The notes under the pieces are model-generated. The model saw nothing but the letters and a program-made list of their open reading frames with translations. It did no database searches and was not told the origin of the DNA. Both the position numbers and the translations under genes were made by a program. Below are positions 18,771-28,463 of a stretch of DNA of 64,000 bases, piece after piece. The stretch comes from Dehalococcoidia bacterium (GTDB taxonomy: Bacteria > Chloroflexota > Dehalococcoidia > Lucifugimonadales > GCA-2712585). Positions within the stretch are counted from its first letter, which is position 1. Each line of letters begins with the position of its first letter. The stretch is from positions 956,480 through 1,020,479 of the forward strand of contig CBDBNU010000003.1 in NCBI GenBank assembly GCA_965207845.1, given 5' to 3'.

Positions 18771-19001
18771 TTAATCCGTGGTGACGCAGGTCACCGTGTT
18801 TCTGATCCCGCCGATGTTGCGGATGTGCTGTTGGAGGATTACGAGAATCGCCTCGACGTTCTCCGCCACCACCTCTGCGACGATGTCGTAGGGGCCAAGC
18901 ACCTCGTGCACCTCCACCAACCCCTCCAGCTTCCGCAACGCCTCCAACACATCCTTGGTGTAGGCAACCTCAGAAGTTATCAGCACGTAGGCCTTGGTCA
19001 T
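18771..19001 (-). CDS. stand-alone Lrp/AsnC-type ligand-binding (RAM) domain protein
   Basis: 76 aa. MTKAYVLITSEV...VHEVLGPYDIVAEV is the typical AsnC C-terminal domain pattern. Confidence 0.65.
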   Translation of the reverse strand: MTKAYVLITSEVAYTKDVLEALRKLEGLVEVHEVLGPYDIVAEVVAENVEAILVILQQHIRNIGGIRNTVTCVTTD

Positions 19002-19068
19002 GACAAAATCCTCCCCGGCATTCGGAATCTTGCCTACCAGCTTACCACCGATTGCAGATGGACGACGG

Positions 19069-20697
19069 CTACGACGCCTCCCGAATCCGCAGCATCAGCA
19101 AGTCCCCCTCCTCCCACGGCTGCGATTCCACCACCCACGAATACGCCCCCACCCCATCGTCAACCTCCGCGTCATCAACAACCAACGACAACGACACGCT
19201 CCCATCCAGCTCTATAAACTCCAACGCATACCCGAACAGCGACGCGTGGGGACTCAGCGTCAGCACCACCTCGTTGTTCTCCCACTCCAACCCCGTCATC
19301 TCCGTCAACGCGCCGCCTACGGTGAATGACGCGGGACTGAGCACCCCGTTGGTCCCGTCGGCCCCCACCCCTGTGCCAATAGCCACAGGGTCGAAGAACG
19401 CCTCGTGCAGCGTGTACAGAGGGGCCTCGACCGTGACTTCATACTTACTGTAACCGTCTGTGGGTTTGAAATTGCAGACCATTTTCTTGTAACCCTGTTG
19501 GTGGAAGTTCACCGAATATAGGCCTGCAGGGAGAGGACGTTTTGTGGTCTCAACATAATAATATCCATTGGACGGGACATCGTCGTTATCAACTACATAC
19601 TCTTGGAAAAGCTCAGAATCAGGGCCGCTAGTCCAATAAGAATTATACTGAATGCCATGAACTTCTTTTGATTTGTAGAATGGGTCCGCTTGTGGATCTT
19701 TCCCAGAAACGATAGTTGCCTCATATTCGGTTGGGGTCCAGTCGCGATAATATCGCTCCCTGGTCAGCATGGAGTAGATGCAGTCCGCATAGCCCTCAAT
19801 GCCTTCTCCCGCCGCTAGCATCGCGTCAACCTCGCCGATGCGGGTGCGCAGGCTGGAGAGAGAGACCACAGGGGAGGGAGTCTCAGAACCGTCAGTGATG
19901 TACTCTGGGTCGGCGGTGCCTGTTTCGCCGGTGGCCCCACCTGTGGGCGCGTCCTTCGCCGGCAGCCACGCCCTGCTTAGGGTATCAATGGAGTATTCAA
20001 AACTAGACTGTACCGATGGATGAGCTGAGAGGAATCTGAGGATAGGGGTGGACTCAGCCCCGACATCTCCCGAGGCTTCTTCCTCAGATGAGGGTGGCGC
20101 CGCAAGGGGTCCGAATAGAAAGAGAACCCCGGACTTGTCATCGTAGGCAGTATTGCGCTGGGATACCAGTGCGCTTGCCGCAGTCATCGCATCCGCCTCT
20201 GTGAGGTAACCTTCATAGCGACTTCCCCCGATGTACACGCCGCCTGAGTAATCCAGCACTTCCACGACGAACTCGTCAGGGCCTGTTCCCTTCAGGTACT
20301 CATCTGCCCTGAATCTCAGCACCTGCTTGGGTTGATAGGTGGGAGCCACACCTTCATCCCCTGAAATGGTCTGCACTCCCGCCGCCACGGATAGCAGGGA
20401 CGCGACAACGATGACGTCGGAGTCCAGAATCTGCTGGTCTAAGGAGGGAGGAACCAACCAAATGGGATTGATATGAGCATACTGAACCTGTGGGCTTTGT
20501 GGGATTGGCTGGGGAGGGCGAAGGGTAGGTGCAGGGGTTTTCGCCGGCGTAGGCGCCGGCGCTTGCGTTGCCATCGGGATCGCCGCCGCCGTCGTGGGCG
20601 TTGCCGTCGGGGTTGGGGTGTCAAGCCCGTCGGAACGGCAGGCAGCTAATGCCATCGCCATCAGCAGGATTGCGGCTATCAGAATTGATTGCTTCAT
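19069..20697 (-). CDS. hypothetical lipoprotein with Pro/Thr/Ala-rich linker
   Basis: Signal peptide with lipobox (LAAC) followed by a PT-rich linker. The remainder was not recognised. Confidence 0.6.
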   Translation of the reverse strand: MKQSILIAAILLMAMALAACRSDGLDTPTPTATPTTAAAIPMATQAPAPTPAKTPAPTLRPPQPIPQSPQVQYAHINPIWLVPPSLDQQILDSDVIVVASLLSVAAGVQTISGDEGVAPTYQPKQVLRFRADEYLKGTGPDEFVVEVLDYSGGVYIGGSRYEGYLTEADAMTAASALVSQRNTAYDDKSGVLFLFGPLAAPPSSEEEASGDVGAESTPILRFLSAHPSVQSSFEYSIDTLSRAWLPAKDAPTGGATGETGTADPEYITDGSETPSPVVSLSSLRTRIGEVDAMLAAGEGIEGYADCIYSMLTRERYYRDWTPTEYEATIVSGKDPQADPFYKSKEVHGIQYNSYWTSGPDSELFQEYVVDNDDVPSNGYYYVETTKRPLPAGLYSVNFHQQGYKKMVCNFKPTDGYSKYEVTVEAPLYTLHEAFFDPVAIGTGVGADGTNGVLSPASFTVGGALTEMTGLEWENNEVVLTLSPHASLFGYALEFIELDGSVSLSLVVDDAEVDDGVGAYSWVVESQPWEEGDLLMLRIREAS

Positions 20698-20915
20698 TGC
20701 GTTACCCTTTGCACCCTCTATAGATTATATGCATATCTTGTGCAAAAGGTTCCCGACGCACTGATTGCGGGATAAAGAGCAACAAGCACGCCCACAATCT
20801 CGCGCTCCCGCCGCAAACACGCTATTGACGCCAAACTCGCCTGCGCCTGAAAATAGCACTGCCCACGGACGAATCATCCGCCGGGGCATCCATTCCCCGT
20901 CATTCACCTCCGCGG

Positions 20916-22211
20916 GTGCGCGAAATGCCTTCCAGGGGCGCCAGAAAAGGGATCTTCTATGGCTGGTGGATAGTCCTCATCGGCCTGCTTGTCAACGCCG
21001 TCCCCGCCGGTCTCTACTTCATCGGCTTTGCCGTCCTCTTTCTCCCCATCACCCGGGACCTGGGCATGAGCCGCGCCGCCGCATCCCTGCCCTTCTCCCT
21101 CACCCGGGGGATTTCGGCGGTGCAGAGCCCCCTCATCGGCATCGCCATCGACCGATACGGTCCGGGACGCGTACTCTTTTTCTGCTCCCTCTTCGCCGGA
21201 CTCGGCTTTATTCTGCTCAGCCGCGTCGACTCGTACCTGACCTATTTTCTGGTTGTCCTGCTGGTGCTTTCGCCGCCGATCATGGGCGGCTTCGACTCCA
21301 CTTCCATCACGGCCACCTGCCGCTGGTTCATCCGAAAGCGGGGAATGGCGCTGGCCATCACCGTCCTGGGCTTCTCCATCGGTGGCGCAGCCATTCCGCC
21401 CATACTCTCAATCTCCAGCGACGTCTATGGATGGAGGACTACACTGCTGGCCGCGGGCCTGTTGATGTGGGTGCTCTATCTACCCCTCAGCACTCGAATG
21501 TACAGCTCCCCGGAGGAGCGGGGCCTGCTGCCCGACGGCGACCCTCCGCCGGACGGAGACGACTCTCCCGAATCCGCGTCCCGTCCCCCACCGCCCCGCA
21601 ACTCCATTGTGCACGAGGGGATGAGCCCCGGTGAGGCCTTCCGCACTCCCACCTACTGGATTCTCTCCCTCTCCCTGGCCATGCGCGGCATGGTCTTCAC
21701 CGCCATCGCCATCCACGTCGTCGCAATCATGGTCTGGAAGGGCATCGACGAAGGGACAGCCGGACTGCTCATCTCCTTCATGTCCATGGCGTGGCTGCCC
21801 ATCTCCCTGCTTATGGGCTGGCTGGGCGACCGGTGGGAGAAGAAATACGTGGCCGGAACGGGGGCAATCATCGCCGGCCTGGGGATGTTCAGTCTCGCCT
21901 TCTGGGACCAGGTGGGGCCGTGGCAGATGGTCGTAATCTTCGTCATGTGGGCCTTCAGCGAAGGCGGCCTTCCCCTCGGCTGGGCCATGCTGGCGGACCA
22001 GTTCGGACGTCGCAGCTTCGGCGTCCTGCGGGGAGGCATCATGGCCACCTTCAGCGTTCTGGGCCTTGGGACGCCCCTCTATGCGGGCTGGGTTTTCGAC
22101 GCCACCCAGAGCTATTTCTGGGCAATTATCCCCGCTGGTGCGCTTCTCGTCGCGGCGGGACTGCTGGGCTGGGCCATGCCCCGGCTGGATACCGCCACCA
22201 CCCAAAGCTGA
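20916..22211 (+). CDS. MFS transporter
   Basis: About 12 hydrophobic segments with a central Pro/Asp-rich loop. Start is GTG 20916 or ATG 20925. Confidence 0.8.
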   Translation: MREMPSRGARKGIFYGWWIVLIGLLVNAVPAGLYFIGFAVLFLPITRDLGMSRAAASLPFSLTRGISAVQSPLIGIAIDRYGPGRVLFFCSLFAGLGFILLSRVDSYLTYFLVVLLVLSPPIMGGFDSTSITATCRWFIRKRGMALAITVLGFSIGGAAIPPILSISSDVYGWRTTLLAAGLLMWVLYLPLSTRMYSSPEERGLLPDGDPPPDGDDSPESASRPPPPRNSIVHEGMSPGEAFRTPTYWILSLSLAMRGMVFTAIAIHVVAIMVWKGIDEGTAGLLISFMSMAWLPISLLMGWLGDRWEKKYVAGTGAIIAGLGMFSLAFWDQVGPWQMVVIFVMWAFSEGGLPLGWAMLADQFGRRSFGVLRGGIMATFSVLGLGTPLYAGWVFDATQSYFWAIIPAGALLVAAGLLGWAMPRLDTATTQS

Positions 22212-22428
22212 TATAGCGACGGGTTGTGCCAATGGGGGCGTTGACCCTCGGTGTCCCAAGGCTGGAAGGTGTAGATTCTTGGCTCTCACCACCATCCATG
22301 GAAACCTTTCCGTCTTGATGTGCGTATTATCTGGTGTAAGGGGAAATCAAGAATTTGATAACATGTCCTGACGGGGCCTTTCATGGCCCCACCCTTGAGC
22401 CAAATGCCAGTTGGGAGAAATAGATTAC

Positions 22429-25194
22429 ATGAAGCTGCCCCTCGCCCTGGTTTCCGCCGCCGCGATAGTGCTGATTATCGTCTCAGTTATGGTGTTCGTG
22501 CTGGTTACCAACGATGGTCCAACAGAAACTCCGCTGGCGACGCCCGTCGCCACGCCCGCGCCGACCCCCTTGCCGCCGCCGCCGACACCCGCGGCCACGC
22601 CGGTCCCCACCCCGGAACCAACGCCGACGCCCACGCCAACACCAGGGGTCACGCCGTTCCCCACGCCCCCACCGACCGTGACGCCAACGCCTGTGCCGGA
22701 GCCGACACCGCCGCCCATCGTTGAAGCGGTTAACCCGCTGCGGGTGGGCGACACGGCGCCGGACTTCGACCTCCTGGATGCCGACGGCACACCTACGTCC
22801 CTGTATTCCACGCTCTCATTGTATGACGCGGTGGTGGTCGTGTTCTACCGGGAATTCTCTTGAGGCATCTGCCAGTCGCAGCTCGGTGAGTTGCAAGAGG
22901 TCTACACGGATTTCAAAGCCCTGAACGCAGAAATTTTGGCTATCAGCAAGGACGATGTCGCTCACGCCGCTGAAATGCGGGCATTGCTGGGCGCGGAATA
23001 CGTCATACTCGCGGACCCCTCAGGCGTCGTCGTCAAGTCTTACGGCGTGGACGACCTGCTGAGCGACGGCCTTGCCGCCCCGTCAACCTTTATTGTCGGG
23101 TCTGACGGCGTGGTCCGCTGGGCCTACGTCGCGCAGGACGACTCAGACCGGCCCTCCGCGGCGGAGACGCTGGCGGCCCTCGTAGACACCGCTCCGTCCG
23201 CCAGGTACATCCTCTTTGAAGACTCGACCCTCGGCATATCCTTCATGCACCCCGAATCATGGACCTCCATCCCGATTGAGGCAGGCAACGGAGAGGAAGT
23301 CGACGACGCCATGGAAGAAGGATCCCCCTGGGCGATTCTTGAAGCGGAAGACGGCGTCACCCTCCAGATTATGCTTGAGTTCAACAGCCCCGGCTCCGAC
23401 CAGCGCCCAACATTGGCGGGCACCATTGAGTCGCTCCTGCCGGAGGGCGGCGTCCCGTCCCCGGGGGACCTGCGCTACTTCGACCTGGAAAGCGGCGACC
23501 CCGCAGTTCGCGCCGACCTGCTCTTCGAATCGGACGCCGGCGACACGAGAACCGTCATCCAATCCGCCATGCGGGGCGCGGCGACCTTCGTTGTCGTCGC
23601 GTCCGGCCCCGCCGAAGCGTTGGACGCCCAGCAGGAGGCCATCGACACCGTTTTCGACACCCTAACCACGTCCGTGCCTGCGCCCTACGGCATCGACCGC
23701 AGCACGGCCTTCACCATGCCCCTGGGCGAACCCAGGACCCTCGACCCCCACGTCTCGAGGGAGACCACGTCCCACTTCTACGTCTCCAGCATCTTCAGCG
23801 GTCTGGTGAAGCTGGGCGAGGGCTTGGCAGTCGTGCCGGACCTGGCTGAATCCTGGGAGGTCGACGAGTCCGGCGCCGTCTACACCTTCACCATCAGGGA
23901 CGACATCACCTTCCACGATGGCAGGCCCATCACCGCCGCCGACTTCAAGTACTCCATCGAGCGGGCCACGGACCACGAACTGCACAGCGACACCGCGCTC
24001 CTCTATCTTTCCGACATCGTCGGTGCGCGGGAGAAGCTGGACGACGAAGCAGAGGAAGTCTCGGGCGTCGTGGTGGTCGACGACCGCACCCTCCAAATCA
24101 CCATCGATTCGCCCAAGGAGTATTTCCTGGCCAAGCTCACCTACCCCACCAGCTACGTGGTGGACTCTGCCTCCATCGAAGGGCAGGGCGAAGAGTGGTG
24201 GCGCGCGGAACCGCTGAACGGCTCCGGCCCCTACACCCTCCACACCTGGGACGCTGAAGAAGTCCTCATCCTCAAGCGATTCGACGGCTACTACCAGCCG
24301 CCGCAGATGCAGCACATCATCTCCCCCTTTGCCGCCCTCCCCGGCGCCAACGGCAGGCACATGTACGAGTCCGGCTACTGGGACGGCATCTACATCCGAT
24401 TGTCCTCCGTGGACCGCCTCAGGGCCGACGAAGCGCTCGGCAGCCACGTGCAGCAATTCGAACAGCTGGTGAGCTACTACGTTGGCATCGACGCCGACAA
24501 GGCGCCGCTTGACGACCCCATGGTACGTCGCGCCCTGGCGATGTCCGTGGACCGGCAGAAGCTCGTCGACGAACTCTTCGGCGGCAACGTTCAACGGGCC
24601 GAAGGTCTTCTTCCGCCGGGCCTTCCCGGCTTCTCCGAAGACCTGCAGGGCATCACCTTCGACCCCGCGGAAGCAAAGCGGCTGCTCGCCGAGTCGAGGT
24701 ACGGCGAGGACCTCCCCGAAATTACGTATCTGGCCACCGGCTCTGAAGGTGAACCGTCGTCCATAGTCCGGTTCCTGGTCGACTCATGGGAGGAGAACCT
24801 GGGCGTGACCGTGAAGCTGAACCTGGTGGATTCGGAGGAATACTACTACCACCTGGAGGAGCAGGAGGGGCACCTGTTCACCTACGGCTGGGTGGCCGAC
24901 TACCCGGACCCGGAGAACTTCCTGGACCTGCTACTGCACTCCGAGTCCCACGACTCCCGCTACGCAAACCCGGTCTTTGACGGCCTGCTGGAGCTGGCGC
25001 GGTTGACCCAGGACCGTGAGATCCGCCTGAGCCTGTACGCGCAGGCGGAGCAGCTGCTGGTGGACGACGCGGGGATTATCCCCCTCTTCCACACCCAGGA
25101 ATACGCCCTCATCCAGCCCTACGTCAGGAACTTCACCGTCGGCCCCGTGGGCCAGCCGGTAATCGCCAACGTGGAGCTCGAAGGCGGGCCGTAG
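22429..25194 (+). CDS. exported redoxin (AhpC/TSA-like)-SBP family 5 fusion protein with in-frame TGA at 22861..22863 (candidate selenocysteine; otherwise a pseudogene)
   Basis: Domain order is signal/TM, PT linker, redoxin domain, about 200-aa middle domain, family-5 solute-binding domain. The two track ORFs (22411..22863 and 22891..25194) share one frame and are separated only by the TGA. The frame reads [19 protein letters not shown], where homologues have FYRG.WCP.C. Confidence 0.5.
22878..22894 (+). promoter_or_regulatory. candidate bacterial SECIS-like hairpin
   Basis: GCAGCU-CGGUG-AGUUGC: a 6-bp stem (one G-U pair) with a 5-nt G-containing loop. It starts 15 nt after the UGA, and the loop lies about 24 nt from the UGA. 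Confidence 0.3.
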
Positions 25195-25222
25195 GACAAT
25201 GAAGTAGGCGAAAGTCTGGTAG

Positions 25223-25242
25223 GGGCGGTTCGCGAACCGCCC
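25223..25242. repeat. REP-like perfect palindrome GGGCGGTTCGCGAACCGCCC
   Basis: 20-nt perfect palindrome. A near-identical copy lies at 61078..61097. Confidence 0.8.
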
Positions 25243-25268
25243 GCCCCTTCCAACGCCACTTCAACGTA

Positions 25269-25291
25269 GGGGCGGGTTTCAAACCCGCCCC
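25269..25291. repeat. REP-like palindrome GGGGCGGGTTTCAAACCCGCCCC
   Basis: 23-nt palindrome with 11-bp arms that overlaps the vapC stop codon. Confidence 0.8.
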
Positions 25292-25725
25292 TGCGTTGTG
25301 TTCCCCCAATCGTCCACCAACTCAATTCGGTACCCGTAGCGTCGGAAGTCTGCCACGTTCAGAGTCAACAGCCGGTGTTCTCCGTGGGCAAGCATGGTAG
25401 CCACGATGTTGGCGTCGTGAATCTGACTTCCCCCGACCGGGGTTTCCCGACACAATGTAGTCAACGATTCGGTTACCCACGGGCCGTCCTCCAATATGTC
25501 GAAGGTCTGGATAAATCGATTCACGTCGTCAAGCGCATCGTTAATGGAAATGGCCAACAGCCAAGTCTGCGGCCTGGTGACCACTGACAAATACTCGCGT
25601 AGAACTTGCCTGCTGATTCTCACCGGTTCTTCCTGAAAGGCTCTCCCCAGCCTGATCCTCGCCATGTGATGATCCGGCGCTTCCCGGATCCGAGCATTGA
25701 CGAGTACGTTTGTGTCTATAAACAT
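25279..25725 (-). CDS. vapC: PIN-domain toxin VapC
   Basis: MFIDTNVLVNA... N-terminus and conserved acidic residues. 148 aa. It follows a small upstream partner gene after an 8-nt gap. Confidence 0.85.
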   Translation of the reverse strand: MFIDTNVLVNARIREAPDHHMARIRLGRAFQEEPVRISRQVLREYLSVVTRPQTWLLAISINDALDDVNRFIQTFDILEDGPWVTESLTTLCRETPVGGSQIHDANIVATMLAHGEHRLLTLNVADFRRYGYRIELVDDWGNTTQGRV

Positions 25726-25733
25726 AGAGCGGA

Positions 25734-26159
25734 TTATACTCCAGACTCGTACATATCCCGTCGGCTGAGACTCAGGCCTTCTGGCCAGCCTCCAGCGCTG
25801 TGAACAGGCAGAACCTGGTCCAGGGTGGGTTTGCGTGGATCCATTGATTGGCGTGAACGTCGCAGCAGCAGAGTCTCAGCCTCCAAATCCACGTTTGCCG
25901 TTTCCCACCCGGCCGCTATCCATGCCAGGGCTTGGCTGTGACCGCCGCTCTTCTGATTCGCCCACCAGGGGCGGTGGCGCCGAGCGGAATCGGGGAGGCG
26001 GAAACCCAGAATCGCTTCAATTTCTCTGAAGGATGTCAACCACTGCCCGTCCTCTTTATCGCACAAATGCGTATAAAGCCTCCTGTACTTGCTCCTGGAC
26101 GCCATTTCCTGATACATATTGAGCGCTTCTTTGGACATCTTGACGTTTCTCCTGTTCAA
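25734..26159 (-). CDS. putative VapB-type antitoxin with N-terminal extra domain (start uncertain)
   Basis: Position immediately upstream of vapC. The C-terminal ...GWPEGLSLSRRDMYE resembles antitoxin tails seen with PIN toxins. The N-terminal domain was not recognised with confidence. Confidence 0.5.
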   Translation of the reverse strand: MNRRNVKMSKEALNMYQEMASRSKYRRLYTHLCDKEDGQWLTSFREIEAILGFRLPDSARRHRPWWANQKSGGHSQALAWIAAGWETANVDLEAETLLLRRSRQSMDPRKPTLDQVLPVHSAGGWPEGLSLSRRDMYESGV

Positions 26160-28425
26160 ATAGTGTTAGTACCTACTTAGTATCTTATAGTTAGTTCGAA
26201 GCGTCAATGCCCCTTTCCACCATTTGCATCCCCCACCCCTCCCTCTGCATAATGACGGGTGATGCCGAAACACATCAACCACAACAATCCGAAGTTCCGC
26301 GAGGCTGCCGCCGAAATCCTGCGTCGCCACGATAGCGGCGAGGCGGAGGCGAACATCACCACCGCCGTCCGGGACTTCCTTGTCGTCACCGGCCTCGCGA
26401 GGGCCCACGAGATTGTTGAGGAAAAGCACCCCGCCCTCGACTCCCGTCAGGCCGTGGATCTGGCGGCTCTCGACACCTTCATCGAATTCAAGCGTCGCAT
26501 CGGCTCCACCGGCGGCATGGACCCCAACCCCGAATACGTCGACCAGCTTGACCACTACCTGGAGCAGTCCCACAGGCAGGGCCGCGTCCGCATGGGCGTC
26601 CTCACCGACGGCAAGCACTGGCTGCTCCGCTGGCCCAACGCCGGCCCCGTGAAGCCCACCCTCCCTTACGCCTTCACCCTGGATGGCCCGGACGGGTGGA
26701 TTCCCCTCTACGACTGGCTGCGGGACAACGCCCTGAACGCCGAGGAGAACGTAGCCCCCGACCGTGGCACCATCCCTGAACGTTTCGGCCCGAAGAGCAC
26801 CCGCTATGAGCAGGACATCGCCGTCCTCAAGTCCCTCTATCAGCGCAACAAGCGCGCCAAGACCATCAGCGTCAAGACCCAGCTGTGGCGCAACCTGCTC
26901 ATGGCCGCCCTCGGCGAGGTCGCCAGCACCGAAGCGAAAATGGACGACCTCTTCGTCCGCCACACCTACCTCACCGCCGTCATCGGCATGGTGGTGCAGG
27001 CCCGCTTCGGCATCGACGTCAGGGAGCGGGCGGAGAACGACCCCGCGGACCTGCTCTATGGCCGGGAGTTCCGCAGCAAGACGGGCCTGCAGGGGGTGGT
27101 GGAGTCGGACTTCTTCGCCTGGCCCACCGAGGTCGATGGCGGCCTCCCCTTCCTCAAGACCCTCGCCCGCCGCGTCGCCCGCTTCGACTGGCAAATGGCC
27201 CCCAACGACGTTGCGTCCATCCTCTACGAGACCGTCATCCCGCCGGACGAACGCCGCCAGCTTGGCGAATACTACACCCCCGACTGGCTGGCGCGGACGA
27301 TGGTCCGGGAGGTGGTGACGGACCCCTTCGAGCAGTCCGTCCTCGACCCCGCCTGTGGCTCCGGGACCTTCGTAGCCGAGGCCGTAACCCACCTCATCGA
27401 GACCGCCAGAGACCGCCGCATGAGCGGCAAGGAAACGTTGGACTGGCTCCGCATTCAGGTTGCAGGCATCGACGTTCATCCCGTGGCCGTCCACCTCGCC
27501 CGCGCCGCCTGGGTGCTGGCCGCCTCGCCAGCCATTCAGGACGCCTTAAGCGAGGGCTTTCAGAGCAGCATCACCGTCCCCATCTACCTTGGGGACGCGC
27601 TGCAGCTGCGCTATCGCTACCGTGCAGGGGACATGTTCGATGAGAAGGAAGTGACAATCCAGGTGAACGACGAACAAAACACGGAGCTTGTCTTCCCCGT
27701 GAGCCTGATCGACAGGGCGGAGGACTTCGACGCGCTGATGGGGGACGTTTCCGAGTCGATCGAAAAGGGAGAACACCCCTTTGTGTACCTGGACGACCAC
27801 GGCATCAAGGCAGGGACTTCCGAAAGGGAGATACTGGAAGCGACCATCGACACGCTTCAGAGGCTGCACAACGAAGGGCGCAACCACATCTGGGCCTACT
27901 ACACCCGCAACCTGGTGCGCCCCGTGGCCCTCTCCCGCAGCAAGGTGGACGTGGTCATCGGCAACCCGCCCTGGCTCAACTACAACAAGACCGCCAGCAC
28001 CCTGCGCACGGAACTGGAGCGGCAGAGCAAGGACGACTACGGCATCTGGCAGGGTGGAATTTACGCCACCCACCAGGACGTTGCCGGTCTGTTCTTTGCC
28101 CGATGCGTCGACCTCTACCTGAAGGACGGCGGCGTCATCGGAATGGTGCTGCCTCACAGCGCGTTACAGACGGGGCAGTACGCCAAGTGGCGCAACGGCA
28201 CCTGGAGACCGAGGCGATACCTGCCGGACTTCACCGTCAAGTTCGATTACAAAATGGCCTGGGACCTTGAGGGGCTTGAACCAAACGACTTTTTCCCCGT
28301 TCCGGCCTCCGTGGTGTTCGCGAAACGCTCGGCGAAGATTGGAGATGCGACGCCCCTTGTCGGAAAGGTGGAACGCTGGCTAGGCAAGCCGGGCCTGGAC
28401 GCCAACAGGAGCGCCCGATTCATCA

Positions 28426-28433
28426 TTACTGAT
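28426..28433. repeat. target-site duplication TTACTGAT (left copy)
   Basis: Identical 8-mer directly flanks both IRs (right copy at 31090..31097). Confidence 0.85.
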
Positions 28434-28463
28434 CGGAATAAGTAGTTAGGGGCTTATTGTATC

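Noticed and set aside
26160-26200. Three TTAGT(A/T) direct repeats in the AT-rich divergent region between the vapB-like gene and the type IIG gene, as an operator.
   Set aside because: The motif is short and the spacing is irregular (11 to 14 nt). This cannot be distinguished from chance in an AT-rich promoter region.
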